This document shows positions 63,133 through 64,000 of a DNA stretch of 64,000 bases, piece after piece. The notes under the pieces were generated by a model. That model was not told the origin of the DNA and did no database searches. It saw only the letters and a program-made list of their open reading frames with translations. This stretch comes from Promethearchaeota archaeon (GTDB taxonomy: Archaea; Asgardarchaeota; Lokiarchaeia; Sigyniarchaeales; SOKP01). The stretch is from the NCBI GenBank assembly GCA_048937405.1, contig JBHLNF010000001.1, positions 320,001 through 384,000 of the forward strand, given 5' to 3'. The first letter of the stretch is position 1. Each line of letters begins with the position of its first letter. A program made the translations under genes and the position numbers.

Positions 63133-64000
63133 ATGAGTTTAACAATACTAGGAATTATCCTAGATACAATCTTATCATTAGTTATTGTTTTATATCTTAT
63201 TTGGGATCATCTTAAAGACGATCGTCTTTTAACCAAAAGAGTCCAAGAATTTTATAGTGATATTGAAAATTTAATTTACTATTATTATTGTAATGAAATC
63301 GCAAAAGAATTTTTAAAAATTTACAGAGGAAAAATTGAAATTCCATTAAAATTGCAAGAATTAAATGAATCTTCTAATAAACATTATTTTTACAAAATTA
63401 AAGTTAAGAAAGCGTTCAAAAGAAATTCTAAATATCTGGGATTAATATCATTGAAAGAAGAAAAGGAAAAAGAAGAACAAGAAAAAAAAGGGGAAAAAGA
63501 AGAGGAAAAAAAAGGAAAAAGTGATTATATTAATGAAACTTTTATGATTTTAAATGAAGAGGGAGTACTAACAAAACGACTTGGGAGTAAGATAATCAAA
63601 GATTGTTCAGATATAAAACCAGAGGAAATTGACGAGATTAACAAATATCTAGAAAGTTTACGTACATATTGGACCAGCAAACACCATAAATTTTTTACAC
63701 CAAAATTGGAAGAAAAAGTTGATTTCAAAAAAGATCTCATGAATTATATTCAAAATCTTGAGAAAAAATTTAAAGCCAAATCTAAAGAAGATTTATTATT
63801 AAAAGGGAATCTCTCATATTTTTCAAAAAACTATGATGAGGCTATCGAATTTTTTAATCGAGCTCTCGAGATCGATTCGCAATTTAAAGAAGCTTGGTTA
63901 AATAAGGGAATAACGTTAGCTAATCAAGAGAAGTATGGGGAAGCTATGAAATGTTACAAGGAAGCACTCAAGATTGATCCAGAATTTAGGGAAGTTGAGC
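63133..64000 (+). CDS. Membrane-anchored TPR protein, 3' end outside the window
   Basis: Not in the ORF track. Open frame from ATG 63133: TM segment, then YDEAIEFFNRALEID..AWLNKG..YGEAMKCYKEALKIDP. Confidence 0.85.
   Translation, partial: MSLTILGIILDTILSLVIVLYLIWDHLKDDRLLTKRVQEFYSDIENLIYYYYCNEIAKEFLKIYRGKIEIPLKLQELNESSNKHYFYKIKVKKAFKRNSKYLGLISLKEEKEKEEQEKKGEKEEEKKGKSDYINETFMILNEEGVLTKRLGSKIIKDCSDIKPEEIDEINKYLESLRTYWTSKHHKFFTPKLEEKVDFKKDLMNYIQNLEKKFKAKSKEDLLLKGNLSYFSKNYDEAIEFFNRALEIDSQFKEAWLNKGITLANQEKYGEAMKCYKEALKIDPEFREVE

Noticed and set aside
547-63740. Numerous short antisense ORFs in the track (e.g. 1784-2056, 16609-16920, 23078-23485, 44103-44534, 58610-59092, 63525-63740)
   Set aside because: They are shadows of well-supported genes on the opposite strand.

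Overview
Very AT-rich archaeal DNA with the gene content of an Asgard archaeon (Lokiarchaeia-like: ubiquitin E1/E2/JAB/RING genes, roadblock domain, FtsZ, GGTGA-type ribosome-binding sites); the taxonomy is inferred from gene content. 1-12.5 kb is a pterin/F420 cofactor cluster (DUF1464, DHPS-like, cofG, cofH, pyrimidine reductase, mptA). 12.5-16.8 kb is a co-oriented ubiquitin-like modification operon that includes a multi-pass membrane RING-like protein. About 16.7-51.7 kb looks like a ~35 kb island bounded by a ~165 bp direct repeat made of the promoter and first 20 codons of the Ubl gene; two more Ubl paralogs lie just beyond its right end. The island encodes RPA, Cdc6, RadA, a membrane HerA/VirB4-like ATPase, an HUH Rep-like protein, an IS608-like TnpB element and HEPN/PD-(D/E)XK defence-like genes, but I found no integrase. 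Most unusual signals: (i) a tandem array of three gene segments downstream of the HUH gene, each closed by its own co-varying inverted repeat; (ii) a repeated branched structure rich in GNA motifs with compensatory changes; (iii) phased TGTA-N-TACA arrays; (iv) several conserved genes that appear to start at ATT. 54-64 kb is ordinary housekeeping. All alignments were done by eye.
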